Shown here piece after piece: positions 27,021-36,656 of a stretch of 61,519 nt of DNA. The stretch is from a virus. Taxonomy: Duplodnaviria; Caudoviricetes. Made by a program: the position numbers and the translations under genes. How positions within the stretch are numbered: position 1 is the first letter of the stretch; each line of letters opens with the position of its first letter. Below the pieces are notes generated by a model. The model was not told the origin of the DNA and did not search any database. It saw nothing but the letters and a program-made list of their open reading frames with translations. Location: the IMG/VR virus record IMGVR_UViG_3300032213_001563, positions 1 to 61,519 of that record; one strand, given 5' to 3'.

Positions 27021-27761
27021 TTAAGTGATTCGACGATTTCTGGAAAGGGTTGCAGCGGTGCTCTTAGCTGCGGCGAGCTTCTTATCTTTAGCCTCCCGCA
27101 GCTTCTTCTGCTCAGGAGTCTCTTCCTCCGCGCCTGGAGAAGACAGTTCTAGCAAACGGTTAGCCTCGTCGGTGTCATCCACCTTAACCCTTCCAGCCTT
27201 CATGGCGTTGCTCAGAGTTTGACGGGGCGACTGAATAACTTTGACTTCTGGCTTGGCTGGTTGCGCGGTGCTGCCAGGAGTAGTTTCTCCACCAGCGGCG
27301 GGTTTAGTTCCTGCGGCATCAGTTCCTCCACCAGCGGGAGGCATCGGAGCATCGGTGATATTGCCAGCCTCATCCATCACCTTCTTGCCAGCGTTGGCGG
27401 TGTTGAACTGATCCCGCTTGGCGGCGAACGATCCATCGGCTTTGGCGGTGGCGATACGAGCCTCACGGGTCTGGCCCATCACATTAGGGATCTGGCTGCG
27501 CATCTGGTTTGACAGAGCCTCGCGGGAGGCAACGCGTCCGGTGGCGATCGAGGCAACATCTTCCGCAGAACCCGTCATACCGGCGGACATGCCTTCAGTG
27601 TCAAGGGCGTTGGAGAACGAGAGCGCCTTCTCATAGTTCTTCTCCTTCTTGGCTTGGCGTAATCCCTTGCGCATGAGGGAAGTGCGAGCGCGGTTAGCAG
27701 CGGTTTCGCGGGTGACTTCGCGGTCCATGCCAAGAGTGTAGCGAGATGCGGGGATAGCCAT
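27021..27761 (-). CDS. Putative internal virion (ejection) protein
   Basis: Position and Ala/Gly-rich low-complexity composition. Confidence 0.5.
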   Translation of the reverse strand: MAIPASRYTLGMDREVTRETAANRARTSLMRKGLRQAKKEKNYEKALSFSNALDTEGMSAGMTGSAEDVASIATGRVASREALSNQMRSQIPNVMGQTREARIATAKADGSFAAKRDQFNTANAGKKVMDEAGNITDAPMPPAGGGTDAAGTKPAAGGETTPGSTAQPAKPEVKVIQSPRQTLSNAMKAGRVKVDDTDEANRLLELSSPGAEEETPEQKKLREAKDKKLAAAKSTAATLSRNRRIT

Positions 27762-27762
27762 A

Positions 27763-28695
27763 TTAGTAGGAAGTGCGGAGTCCTGGGGAACCGTAGTTGA
27801 AGGAAGGGATTACGCGGGCCTTGCCGCGCAGACGGCGAAGCTCAGCGTTCAGCAAAGCGTAAGCTTGATCAAAATGGGCGATGGAGCTGTCAAGGTCTGA
27901 CTGATCCTCCAAACGGAGGGCGATCAATCCATGCTTCAGCGCGCCCACATTGCTAGGAATTACTAAATCGTCTTCGTTTAGTAGATCCACATGGCGGCGG
28001 CTGCATAGCACGGTGATTGTGCAGTTACTCGGGATCGACCCGACTTTGTAGCGGCGGTAGCTAGGGTCGGTTTCTCCTGGCTCGTAGTAGCCTAGTTCCA
28101 TGGTGCCGGAACGCAGCGTGCAGGGCTTGCTCATCAGGGGGAGCGTCAAGCTTTCGACGACAGAGATGGAGCCCGTGAAGTTGTTGTCGCCCGAAGCCAG
28201 GGTAATACGTAGGCCATCCTGGCCGTCAGGGCTGAAAAGTCGATTGCCGTCCGCGTCATAACCACGCAAGACGGCCTGCCCGCCGATACCGGCATCGTTA
28301 GCCGCAACGCGAAGATAGACGACGGCTGCTTCGGTCAGATCGGTGTGCGTGCAAACCTCGCTCATTTCCACAACCGAAGACATGGTGCGGTCAAAGTCAT
28401 AAGACCCCGGCCCGACTTCGTTGAACTCATGGGCTAGGGCGAAGATTCGGCGCGGGGATTGATTGGACACGCGCAACCCCAGCAACGCGGAAGCCCGGCG
28501 CGGTAGGGTGATGTAGCCGTTAGGCGCGGAGATGTCGGCCTGGAACTCAGATTTCGCCCATAACCCACTGTCAATGAACCGTTGGCCCACCTGATTCAGG
28601 TAGCGAAGGAACTTTTCGTCCATGGGGTTACTCGCGTCCACATGCTCGTAGAGCAGGTCACGGGCTTTGGCAACGGTCAGGCGAGCGGAGGACAT
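27763..28695 (-). CDS. Putative head-tail adaptor / tail structural protein
   Basis: Start at MSSARL; helical N- and C-terminal parts (FLRYLNQVGQR; ALKHGLIALRLE) flanking a beta-rich insert. Confidence 0.5.
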   Translation of the reverse strand: MSSARLTVAKARDLLYEHVDASNPMDEKFLRYLNQVGQRFIDSGLWAKSEFQADISAPNGYITLPRRASALLGLRVSNQSPRRIFALAHEFNEVGPGSYDFDRTMSSVVEMSEVCTHTDLTEAAVVYLRVAANDAGIGGQAVLRGYDADGNRLFSPDGQDGLRITLASGDNNFTGSISVVESLTLPLMSKPCTLRSGTMELGYYEPGETDPSYRRYKVGSIPSNCTITVLCSRRHVDLLNEDDLVIPSNVGALKHGLIALRLEDQSDLDSSIAHFDQAYALLNAELRRLRGKARVIPSFNYGSPGLRTSY

Positions 28696-28726
28696 AGCGG
28701 CAAAGTAATTGGTTGTCAGGGTTTCG

Positions 28727-29665
28727 TCAAACCTTTCGGTAAGCGACGACCCCGATACTGCCGCCGCTAGACCCTCCTCTAAATACAGGTGCGGAAAAGA
28801 AACCTGCAACCGTCGGCTGGAAACCAATCTTTAAGTAACGTGAAACCGGGGCGGCAGTAGCTGATGCTGTTAGGTATGGTAGTCCAGTATCGGCGTCGAT
28901 GGCTGTGTAAGACGGGCCTTGCGAAGCATCGTCTTGGCGAATGACCAAAATATACGATCCGATATTTAACCCCTTGTTATACTCGATCGGAAGTCCACGG
29001 TTTTGACGGTCAAGCACATAACTTGGGGAGTACCCTCGAATTGACAGGCTCATCCCAATAGTAGTTGAAGTCGTGCCCTGATAATTTGGGGGACTCTGTT
29101 CTTCGTCGATAGACTCAAGAGAAGAGAAAGCCCCAGCGGTAATGACTGACTTTGGCAGCACAGGGGCATTCTTAATACTGAACAGATCATCGGGGCCGAA
29201 AGGAGCTAGATCAAGAGTCCCAGCATAATAGATACTACTATACCCTGCTGGCATTCCTGGGGTCTGTACTGTTGCGTTGGGATTATTAAACGCCGCTAAG
29301 CTATTTTCACCTTGGCCTCCGTACTCGCCACTATTTAGGTAGCTCGGCCCAATTAACGGAACAAGTCCAGATTGTTCGATGACCGTGTAACCTTCCGCCA
29401 CTTTAACGGGCTTCTTGTCTTCACCAATCACATAAACAGCCTCAACAGATGTGGTGCGTCCAATGTCTGCCCAAAGCACAGGCACGAACTCAAGGGGCTC
29501 TGGGGGAGGAGCCGGAGCGCCAGCCGGGGCCACCGCCACCATCTGACCGTTAGGGCTATCCCATACTTCCACGCCATCGCCGTTGGTAATACGCAAGCGA
29601 TCCTCCCACTCGGCGATGCGCTCGGCGGCGGCTTCGATAACTTCGCGGGCTTGGGTAGGGCTCAT
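28727..29665 (-). CDS. Putative virion structural protein
   Basis: ORF in late operon, beta-rich. Confidence 0.55.
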   Translation of the reverse strand: MSPTQAREVIEAAAERIAEWEDRLRITNGDGVEVWDSPNGQMVAVAPAGAPAPPPEPLEFVPVLWADIGRTTSVEAVYVIGEDKKPVKVAEGYTVIEQSGLVPLIGPSYLNSGEYGGQGENSLAAFNNPNATVQTPGMPAGYSSIYYAGTLDLAPFGPDDLFSIKNAPVLPKSVITAGAFSSLESIDEEQSPPNYQGTTSTTIGMSLSIRGYSPSYVLDRQNRGLPIEYNKGLNIGSYILVIRQDDASQGPSYTAIDADTGLPYLTASATAAPVSRYLKIGFQPTVAGFFSAPVFRGGSSGGSIGVVAYRKV

Positions 29666-29844
29666 GGTTTGTCTCGGACTACAACAAAGGGGAACCCGGA
29701 ATGGGCGATCGTATTACCGTCGGCGGGGAGCACATTACCAATGCGCTGCACCGCCTCGTCAATCATTGATGTGACGATGCGCAACACTTCATTGGCCTGG
29801 GCTTCCGGCCCGGCTTTCCCGTCGAGAAGTTCGTCGGAGGTCAT
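29662..29844 (-). CDS. Small hypothetical protein
   Basis: ATGA-coupled on both sides. Confidence 0.55.
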   Translation of the reverse strand: MTSDELLDGKAGPEAQANEVLRIVTSMIDEAVQRIGNVLPADGNTIAHSGFPFVVVRDKP

Positions 29845-30047
29845 TGCTGTAGGAAAATGAATTGCTCGTTGAGCCCTGACATAGATCCCACACGCCCTGC
29901 ACCAAAGACGCGGAACATGCCGAAAGTTGAGTCAATATGCTGCTCAACAACCGTCTTCAGTGCAGCGAACTGCGCATCACCTCCAGCACCCCCATTCAGG
30001 GTTTCTAGGAGTGAAGGTTGCGGGGTTGGCTCAGGTTCTTCGATCAT
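29841..30047 (-). CDS. Small hypothetical protein
   Basis: ATGA-coupled to the 1437-aa gene (start MIEEP). Confidence 0.55.
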   Translation of the reverse strand: MIEEPEPTPQPSLLETLNGGAGGDAQFAALKTVVEQHIDSTFGMFRVFGAGRVGSMSGLNEQFIFLQQ

Positions 30048-33000
30048 GGTTTGAAGATGCAAACGCGGTTACGATCGGTGACGAGGAGGTCGTTACCCTG
30101 CCACGATACGCCAGAAGCATCGGATAAGGTAGCTGCGGATCGGGGTGGCAGGGTTGTAGTGTCAAAGTTTGGTTGTCCAAGCACCGCTCCGGGCAGGCTG
30201 CCGGTAACAAGCGAGCTCGTTGAGTAGAACAGTAACGCCCGGTAGTTATTCGTATCAGCTACTGCTAGCTGACCTGAACTATTGACGGAGACTCCGCTAG
30301 GTTGATTGACCCCTCCACGACCTGATCCAGCGGCGAAGGAGGATAGATCTGGCTGGAACAAGATAGCAGAGTGGAAAACAGGGTACCCATTCGGGACTTC
30401 TGGGAAGACAACAACCCGATTCCATCCTGTGTCTGCAATGTATAGCTTCCCGTCGGAGGGGCTGACGCACACGCTTTGCGGAGACTTTAGACGTGGGTAA
30501 GTAAGCCCGCTAATATTGAGCACCGGAGAAGTAGGTGTAGCGACCGAGCTAGCCGCCTGACCGAGAGCATGATCTGCCGCTTGTCCGTTGACCGCTGGGA
30601 ACGAGGTCCACAGCAGGATACGGTGGTTGACGGGGTCCGCCGCGAGTAAGCTTCCGGCTTTGCCAGTGCCTGAAGGATCTGGGTTTGGCACAACAAAGAT
30701 GTCGGTAATGCCGCCAAACTTGCTGAGCGTGTACCCTGAGTTTGCGGAACCTGTAGTAAAGCTAGTGCCCTGACCCAAGACTAGCGAAGCAGCTTGGGTA
30801 GTCCCTGGAGTGTGGGACGCTGGAACTGTGCTGTATATTAGGATGCGGTTGCGGCCTGTGTCTGCAACAACTAGCTGATTGCCATACCAAGCAACTGCTC
30901 TAGGACTTTGAAGATTGCTTACTGTGATCGTCGTGGGCGCGGCGGACGCTGTAAAAGAAGTCTGACCAAGGACAACATCAGCGGCTTTGCCGGAAATAAG
31001 GTCAACGTAACTATTCCAAACAAGAACTCGATGGGCCTGTGTATCAGCAATAGCGATTCGCCCACTAGAGCTAACGGCTGCACGGGATGTGGTGCTATTG
31101 CGGATTGTCGAATCATCGGTGGTAAATGCCGCGTCAGCAGTCAAGTTACTCTGCCCTAAAACAAGTGAAGCCGACGATGCGTTCTGTAAGCTCCCCGGAG
31201 GGTAGGCAAACCCTGATAAGGTCACATTAAATGGATTCTCATCAGCGTCGTTATTCGGGATATTGACCGTTGTGGTAAGGGGGCCGGTAGTTGTGCCAGG
31301 GCTTACAATAACATCAAACGCCGTCGATGGGTCTCCTGGGTCAAGGTGAGTCACTAAAGGATTGAGGGCGGTGGCAGTAAACTTACTGACGTCACCACCC
31401 AAGACAGACGGAGTTCCGAGGTTAAGCCTAGCATTACCTAAATTGTTGATCGTGAAACGAGTGGAACGGGACAAGCCAGTAGCTAAGTTGCCGAAGCTGA
31501 CAACTGAGGTGCCGTCGATTAAGATATTTCCGAGGGAAGGGGCTTCGACCTGAATCTCTTGTTGGGTCCCCGCAGTTCCAGAAACCGCAATGCTGAACGT
31601 GGGCTGAATTGGGTCACTGCTTAATAGCTCTAGCGTGGTGGATTTTAATCCAGTAGTCGTCCCGGTAGGCGGGAAGAAGATGACGCTCAGGTTAGACGAA
31701 CCTCCCGGTGCGATCGTGGCTGGTAAAGTGCCTGAGACACTGAACAATGAGGCGTCGCCACCAACAAAATTTGCAGCACTCAGCGTCAAGTTACCGACTC
31801 CTACATTGCGCACTGTGATCGTGGTCGAAGTGCTGTGTCCAGGAGCTGCAAAGCCTAGATACAGCGGGCCTCCAGAGAGTATATCTACGGAGTCATTGTC
31901 ACGCACAGCAATTCGTCCTACGGCTACACCGGTAGCTGTGACGTTAAGTAGGTATGGAGACTCGCTTCCGTCTGGGTCATTGTTGGCAATAGTCACCTGC
32001 AAAGCCTGGGCTCCGCCAGCAGCAGGAGTAAAACGAAGTGTAACCGTCCCAGAGCTGCCCGCAGCAATCGCGCTAGCTGGAGCTCCAACAAGACTCCATC
32101 CTGACGGAGTCGGCGAAGGAAGCTGCACCGATGCTTCTAGTGGCCCGTTTCCTAGATTTTGGACCGTGAACACATAGTCAGCAGAAGATCCTGTGTTTAC
32201 GTTGCCGAGCGCAATAGCTGGCGAGTTATTGCTGACGACATTGCTGCCGCCATACTGCACGTTGATCTCCGCTTTCACGGCGCTACCTGTCAAGTTGACA
32301 ACATAGCTAGGGATGTTTGACGCATCTGATAGGAGCGTCATCGTTGCCGTCCCAGCCCCTGTCGGAGTTGTTGGAGCAAATAAGACGTCAACGGTGGCGC
32401 TGCCTCCGGGCGGGATCGAGGTAGGCAACTGGCTAGTCACCGTAAAGTAACTCGCGTAGTCGCCAGTAAAAGAAACGGAAATCCCAGAAAGTGTCAGCAG
32501 CCCTGGATTACGAATGAGGAACGAACGAGTAGCCCCGACAACAGGGGTCGCATTACCAAAGGCCAGCGTTCCAGTGATGGTAGGCAGAGCGACGTCATCT
32601 TCGGTGTCAAGGCTGCCGTCAGGACCCGCAGTATAAAGAGCGATCTCTGGAACTGGTGGGCACATAACCATCAACGTGTTCGACTCCCAGGCGATCTGGT
32701 TGAGGCCGACAAATCTATAGGCCCGCAAGCGGCAGTAATAAGGTACGCCTCGTGTCACGCCAGTCACAGTAATGCCCGTCGTCCCATACACATTGAGGTC
32801 TTTGAATCCTGACAAGAACCCTGTCTTAAAAGACGGATCGGTTGACACGTCTAGCCGGAGTTGGGCTGGCGTCTGGGTATGCGTCCATGCGAGGACAAAC
32901 GAAGTTGCTGCCGTGGACACCAAAGTTATGTCGCTGTCAAAAGCTCCGCCAGCGAGGGTAGGGGCGTCAACAATTATCACGCGCTTCAACCATCCGCCTT

Positions 33001-34357
33001 GATTCGGGCGCAAGTCAACTTCGGCAACAACGCTGCCGGGCCAGCGAGGGTAGTTAGTTGCTGGATACTCCTGCTGGAAGTTGGCCGCGTAGAAAGTTAC
33101 GTAACCGTGCAAGCACGCTGGAACTTCAACCTGAAGTAGCGGGCTGTTAAAGGAAATGGATTTGGGTAGCAGGGGTGTTGGCTCCTCCAGTTTAGGAGAA
33201 GTGTTTGATGGGCTATTGCTAGTCCAAAAAGGATCGCCGCCGACTACAGGCATCTTGCTCGTCCAGGTCTCGATAACAGTAGCGAGGCAAGGGCCGGAGT
33301 AAGGGTCGGTCGCAAAAACTGGAACCGTAACGTAGCCCGTTATCTGGGAAAAGATGTTTGACGGATCTGAATAGACCGGCGTGATCCTAACATAGTTTAG
33401 CACCGCTGGCCACGCGTAGTTGGTGATGATCTTGTAGGAGCGAGTGGCTACACCATCGACAGCTTTCCCGGCGAGCCCTGCGGCTTGCTTGGTAGTCTTG
33501 ATTGACCAGAGAGTGTTGACGGGCTGTAGCTCGACCACACTTCCATCGGTTTGAATGCCTGTCGGGATCGTGGTCCCAGCATCAACTTTACTGCGCCGAT
33601 AGGTATTAGTGGCGTTGGTGTCGGCGTCGAACTCACGGCCCAGGAGCTCGTTTTCTACATAGCGGACAATGGTGGCGGGGAATGTCCCCGTCGCGATCGG
33701 AGCAATCGTCACAACAGCACTCGCCGTACTGACGAGGGAGCTGATGGCGGTCCCTGGCGGTATGACCGCGTCAAGGCTTTCAATATAGTCGCCCGCAACA
33801 CGCAGAGAAGGGGAGGCAAAGCTGACGGTAGTTGATCCAGCGGTCGTGGTGATATTCGTGGTGCCAGTCACCTGACGGCGGCGGATCTTCTCGCGAACCA
33901 CAACCACCGTCACAAAAATTGACGACAGCACTTCGTCAGAAAGAGGACGCTCCTCAACTCCAACGGCAGCCCATTCCAGCGGGTAAGGGAAATACCCCAG
34001 CGGCGGCATCGGGTAAGTCGCCGAAGCGGAGAACTCAGAACGTCGAATGACGAACGTCTGCTCAAGCTGAGGCCACTCGTTGGTGTCGCGCACCTGCCAA
34101 TTATAGAGGTGCTGATTCTCCCGCGTCGTAGCGTAATACCACCGTTGCCAGCCAGCTCCGCCTTCGGCGGTCACAAATACTAGCTCGTGATGAGGATACT
34201 TAGCGGAGTCTGGATGCGGGTCGCCGTAAGCCCAAGTCTTGTTCTTTGGTAGATCTCCGTCGCGCACCTCGAAGAAAATCAGATCTTCCTGCCCCTGCGG
34301 AGTTGGGAAGGAGAGAACGGGGATGCGCTCGGGGATGTCGGGCTTTGGGCGAATCAT
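30044..34357 (-). CDS. Large tail/receptor-binding protein: phage N-terminal region + FN3-like + four choice-of-anchor-D-like Ig domains + NHL beta-propeller
   Basis: Repeated EI...FG...F-I-N-G...L units (e.g. IPNNDADENPFNVTLSG); NHL repeats IADTQAHRVL, VADTGRNRIL, ADVVLGQ. Confidence 0.75.
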   Translation of the reverse strand: MIRPKPDIPERIPVLSFPTPQGQEDLIFFEVRDGDLPKNKTWAYGDPHPDSAKYPHHELVFVTAEGGAGWQRWYYATTRENQHLYNWQVRDTNEWPQLEQTFVIRRSEFSASATYPMPPLGYFPYPLEWAAVGVEERPLSDEVLSSIFVTVVVVREKIRRRQVTGTTNITTTAGSTTVSFASPSLRVAGDYIESLDAVIPPGTAISSLVSTASAVVTIAPIATGTFPATIVRYVENELLGREFDADTNATNTYRRSKVDAGTTIPTGIQTDGSVVELQPVNTLWSIKTTKQAAGLAGKAVDGVATRSYKIITNYAWPAVLNYVRITPVYSDPSNIFSQITGYVTVPVFATDPYSGPCLATVIETWTSKMPVVGGDPFWTSNSPSNTSPKLEEPTPLLPKSISFNSPLLQVEVPACLHGYVTFYAANFQQEYPATNYPRWPGSVVAEVDLRPNQGGWLKRVIIVDAPTLAGGAFDSDITLVSTAATSFVLAWTHTQTPAQLRLDVSTDPSFKTGFLSGFKDLNVYGTTGITVTGVTRGVPYYCRLRAYRFVGLNQIAWESNTLMVMCPPVPEIALYTAGPDGSLDTEDDVALPTITGTLAFGNATPVVGATRSFLIRNPGLLTLSGISVSFTGDYASYFTVTSQLPTSIPPGGSATVDVLFAPTTPTGAGTATMTLLSDASNIPSYVVNLTGSAVKAEINVQYGGSNVVSNNSPAIALGNVNTGSSADYVFTVQNLGNGPLEASVQLPSPTPSGWSLVGAPASAIAAGSSGTVTLRFTPAAGGAQALQVTIANNDPDGSESPYLLNVTATGVAVGRIAVRDNDSVDILSGGPLYLGFAAPGHSTSTTITVRNVGVGNLTLSAANFVGGDASLFSVSGTLPATIAPGGSSNLSVIFFPPTGTTTGLKSTTLELLSSDPIQPTFSIAVSGTAGTQQEIQVEAPSLGNILIDGTSVVSFGNLATGLSRSTRFTINNLGNARLNLGTPSVLGGDVSKFTATALNPLVTHLDPGDPSTAFDVIVSPGTTTGPLTTTVNIPNNDADENPFNVTLSGFAYPPGSLQNASSASLVLGQSNLTADAAFTTDDSTIRNSTTSRAAVSSSGRIAIADTQAHRVLVWNSYVDLISGKAADVVLGQTSFTASAAPTTITVSNLQSPRAVAWYGNQLVVADTGRNRILIYSTVPASHTPGTTQAASLVLGQGTSFTTGSANSGYTLSKFGGITDIFVVPNPDPSGTGKAGSLLAADPVNHRILLWTSFPAVNGQAADHALGQAASSVATPTSPVLNISGLTYPRLKSPQSVCVSPSDGKLYIADTGWNRVVVFPEVPNGYPVFHSAILFQPDLSSFAAGSGRGGVNQPSGVSVNSSGQLAVADTNNYRALLFYSTSSLVTGSLPGAVLGQPNFDTTTLPPRSAATLSDASGVSWQGNDLLVTDRNRVCIFKP

Positions 34358-34391
34358 GGTGTGCCCAACCTAACAGCCAGATGAGGGCGCG

Positions 34392-34721
34392 TCAATACTT
34401 GCCCTTGCCGCGTGGAGGGGCTTTTCGATCCTTGCCGGGGCCGGCCCAAAGCTCGCGGCGAGCCCAATAGTTGGGGCTCGTCTTGTCATCTTTTGTTAAG
34501 TCACCGCTCTTGTCACGGATCTTGGCGGAGCGGGCAAGGTATGACTTGCGCGCTGCTTCGGAGTAGTTGTGGCCGTAGCCTTCGGCTCCGAAGTGAACAA
34601 CCCTGATCTTCTTGGTACCAGGGTCGCGGACGAAGACGCTCTTCTTCTTACCTGCGGGGGTGATGCCGGGCATCTTCCGAGGTGAGTCTAGGGTGACTTC
34701 TTTGCCTTTCCAGGTAGCCAT
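34392..34721 (-). CDS. Small basic conserved viral protein
   Basis: VVHFGAEGY...RKSYLARS...DKTSPNYWAR.LW pattern recalled from phage/giant-virus hypotheticals. Confidence 0.7.
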   Translation of the reverse strand: MATWKGKEVTLDSPRKMPGITPAGKKKSVFVRDPGTKKIRVVHFGAEGYGHNYSEAARKSYLARSAKIRDKSGDLTKDDKTSPNYWARRELWAGPGKDRKAPPRGKGKY

Positions 34722-34724
34722 AAA

Positions 34725-35288
34725 TTAGATGAGGGTGTTGGCAAACTTGGTAGCCTGATCCCAGCGAGAAACAAGTCCTTTCCAGAACTTGGCGCGTTTG
34801 CCAACCGGCGGGGCTACCTGCCTCTCATACGCCTCACGAGCTTCTCGGAAACGGAGGAGGAAAGCACGGGGCTCGCGCTCAGCACGGCCAAGGGCGGCTA
34901 GCGTGATCGGCCCAACCTCGCCGTCAACAGTGACGTCAAGAGCTATCTGCAGGATGCGGGCGCATCCGGTAGGACCACGATTAAAGGCAGTGTCGCGGAG
35001 CACGGATTCAACGGCGGGAGACTTGGCCCAATTACCAGGGACATCCGTGTACTTCAGAATGTATTCAACAGCCTCAGCCTCTGCTTGGGCAAACTTCTTC
35101 TTCGCGATCAAAGAAGAAAGGCGCTCTGCGGCGGCTGGGTGGAAACGGTCATTGATACCCGCTACTTCGTAAGTTCCGCCGCCGTCGCCAGGGGGTAGCT
35201 TGTAAACAGCAAGGCGTCCGCTGCGATCCCTCCGGGCTTCGACGTCAAGGATATGGCAGCCAATGGCTAGTTCGTGGGGAGCTCTCAT
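34725..35288 (-). CDS. Endolysin, glycoside hydrolase family 108-like with peptidoglycan-binding region
   Basis: E...DGGGTYEVAGI, DTAFNRG, LQIALDVTVDGEVGPITLAA, KFWKGLVSR. Confidence 0.8.
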   Translation of the reverse strand: MRAPHELAIGCHILDVEARRDRSGRLAVYKLPPGDGGGTYEVAGINDRFHPAAAERLSSLIAKKKFAQAEAEAVEYILKYTDVPGNWAKSPAVESVLRDTAFNRGPTGCARILQIALDVTVDGEVGPITLAALGRAEREPRAFLLRFREAREAYERQVAPPVGKRAKFWKGLVSRWDQATKFANTLI

Positions 35289-35527
35289 GGGATATATCGG
35301 TAGTTCTGCTTCCAGAGAAACGAGGAAAGCTTGACAGCCTCCTTCGTTACAAAGTCCTCTGTCCAGTGCGGGTGCCGGTGATGGAGGAACTCGTGAACGA
35401 GCACTTCAAGACGCTGCTGCGCGGGAAGACGTGGGTCGATCTCGATGACTTTGTCATCCGGCCAATACAGCCCACGAGCTCTGTGACGGCCTAGTTTGCG
35501 TTCGCTGACTGGTGGGGACTTGCTCAC
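35285..35527 (-). CDS. Minimal HExxH metallopeptidase-like protein
   Basis: GLYWPDDKVIEIDPRL...EVLVHEFLH. Confidence 0.7.
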   Translation of the reverse strand: MSKSPPVSERKLGRHRARGLYWPDDKVIEIDPRLPAQQRLEVLVHEFLHHRHPHWTEDFVTKEAVKLSSFLWKQNYRYIP

Positions 35528-35754
35528 TGGTAAAGGGCGCGCAAACGATTACGGTCGGCTAGGATCTCCAGATGGTCTTGGAGATTCACCCACGTCTCGT
35601 CCGTCGCTGGCGTGTAACTCTGGCCCGCTTTGAGATGCAACCTTGGCGGGGCAGACGATGGCATAGAGCCGCGAGAGTCTGTTGTGTCTCGCTTCAAGCC
35701 GCAACAGCTTGACACGGTCAACATTGGCAGAAGCACTAACGCGAAGAATCTCAT
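35524..35754 (-). CDS. Putative o-spanin (lipoprotein)
   Basis: Hydrophobic leader ending VSSC, largely overlapping the i-spanin-like ORF in another frame, in the lysis cassette. Confidence 0.5.
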   Translation of the reverse strand: MRFFALVLLPMLTVSSCCGLKRDTTDSRGSMPSSAPPRLHLKAGQSYTPATDETWVNLQDHLEILADRNRLRALYQ

Positions 35755-35872
35755 CGTCGATTTGGTTCAGGTCGATGGCTAGCTTCCATGCAAGCCAGAG
35801 CGGAAATGTTTTGAGGGCTTCAGTAGCAGCTACTACCAGAGCCGCGACAGAAACTGTAATTCCGAGAGGCAT
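35549..35872 (-). CDS. Putative i-spanin
   Basis: N-terminal hydrophobic helix then coiled coil; TAATG-coupled to the upstream holin-like gene. Confidence 0.5.
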   Translation of the reverse strand: MPLGITVSVAALVVAATEALKTFPLWLAWKLAIDLNQIDDEILRVSASANVDRVKLLRLEARHNRLSRLYAIVCPAKVASQSGPELHASDGRDVGESPRPSGDPSRP

Positions 35873-36033
35873 TACTTGGCGTCGGCGGCTTTGATAAGTC
35901 CGTAACCACCAGTGATAAGGGCGAAGGTTTCGCCGATATTGTTGACGGTGCCGGTCTTGAGGAAGGACACAACAGCGTTGGCCACTGCTGCGAGGATGGT
36001 GAAGACTCCGAGGATTGTGGTTTTAGATGTCAT
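35872..36033 (-). CDS. Putative holin (53 aa, two TM segments), below the ORF-track cutoff
   Basis: Translated by hand: MTSKTTILGVFTILAAVANAVVSFLKTG...FALITGGYGLIKAADAK. Confidence 0.65.
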   Translation of the reverse strand: MTSKTTILGVFTILAAVANAVVSFLKTGTVNNIGETFALITGGYGLIKAADAK

Positions 36034-36044
36034 AGCGGAGGAGG

Positions 36045-36266
36045 TTACTTTGCTGACGATGGGGCGTCAACTGCCTTCTTGGCCCGCATCCCGCGCAGAA
36101 GTTTGACGACTGTGAGAATGCCGACGAGGTTGCCGACGACTAGCGAGCTTATCTGCAGCCACTGTTCTATGTCTTGCAGCGACACGAGGAAAGCGAGGAA
36201 GTTGAATGAGCCTCCAACTACAGCCGTCGGCACGCCTTGGGTGTATTCTGTGGGGGCAGCGTTCAT
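36045..36266 (-). CDS. Small membrane protein (holin/antiholin candidate)
   Basis: Two hydrophobic segments and a basic C-terminus. Confidence 0.55.
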   Translation of the reverse strand: MNAAPTEYTQGVPTAVVGGSFNFLAFLVSLQDIEQWLQISSLVVGNLVGILTVVKLLRGMRAKKAVDAPSSAK

Positions 36267-36269
36267 AGG

Positions 36270-36656
36270 TTACGAGGGTAGAGGACCGAAGATTTGATCT
36301 GCGCGCTCCGTGGTGATGATGCCCGCGCCTACTAGAGCGACGCGTCCTTGAATGACGCGCTGATCATCAGAGTGAACTTCAGCTCTCCATGTGCTGAGAG
36401 TAAAGCGGAGAGCCGCGATCTGAGAGTCTGTCGAAAGCGAGATAGCCGCACGTTCCGACATGGTGAACTCTTCAATGAACTCTTGTGCGCTTGGCCATTT
36501 ACGAGCCTCAAGCGGGCGATTGTCCCACGCTGCTTGAAGTTCTTCAAACGTAGGTTTTGGGCCTGGGCCAAACCACTCCAATGTAGAGTAGTCATTTTCA
36601 GACAGGCTCCACTGAGCATTAGGAAATAGGGAAACTAGGATAATGGGAAGGTTCAT
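36270..36656 (-). CDS. Tail fibre assembly/chaperone-like protein
   Basis: Directly after the fibre gene; LFPNAQW...LEW...PKPTFEELQAAW. Confidence 0.55.
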   Translation of the reverse strand: MNLPIILVSLFPNAQWSLSENDYSTLEWFGPGPKPTFEELQAAWDNRPLEARKWPSAQEFIEEFTMSERAAISLSTDSQIAALRFTLSTWRAEVHSDDQRVIQGRVALVGAGIITTERADQIFGPLPS

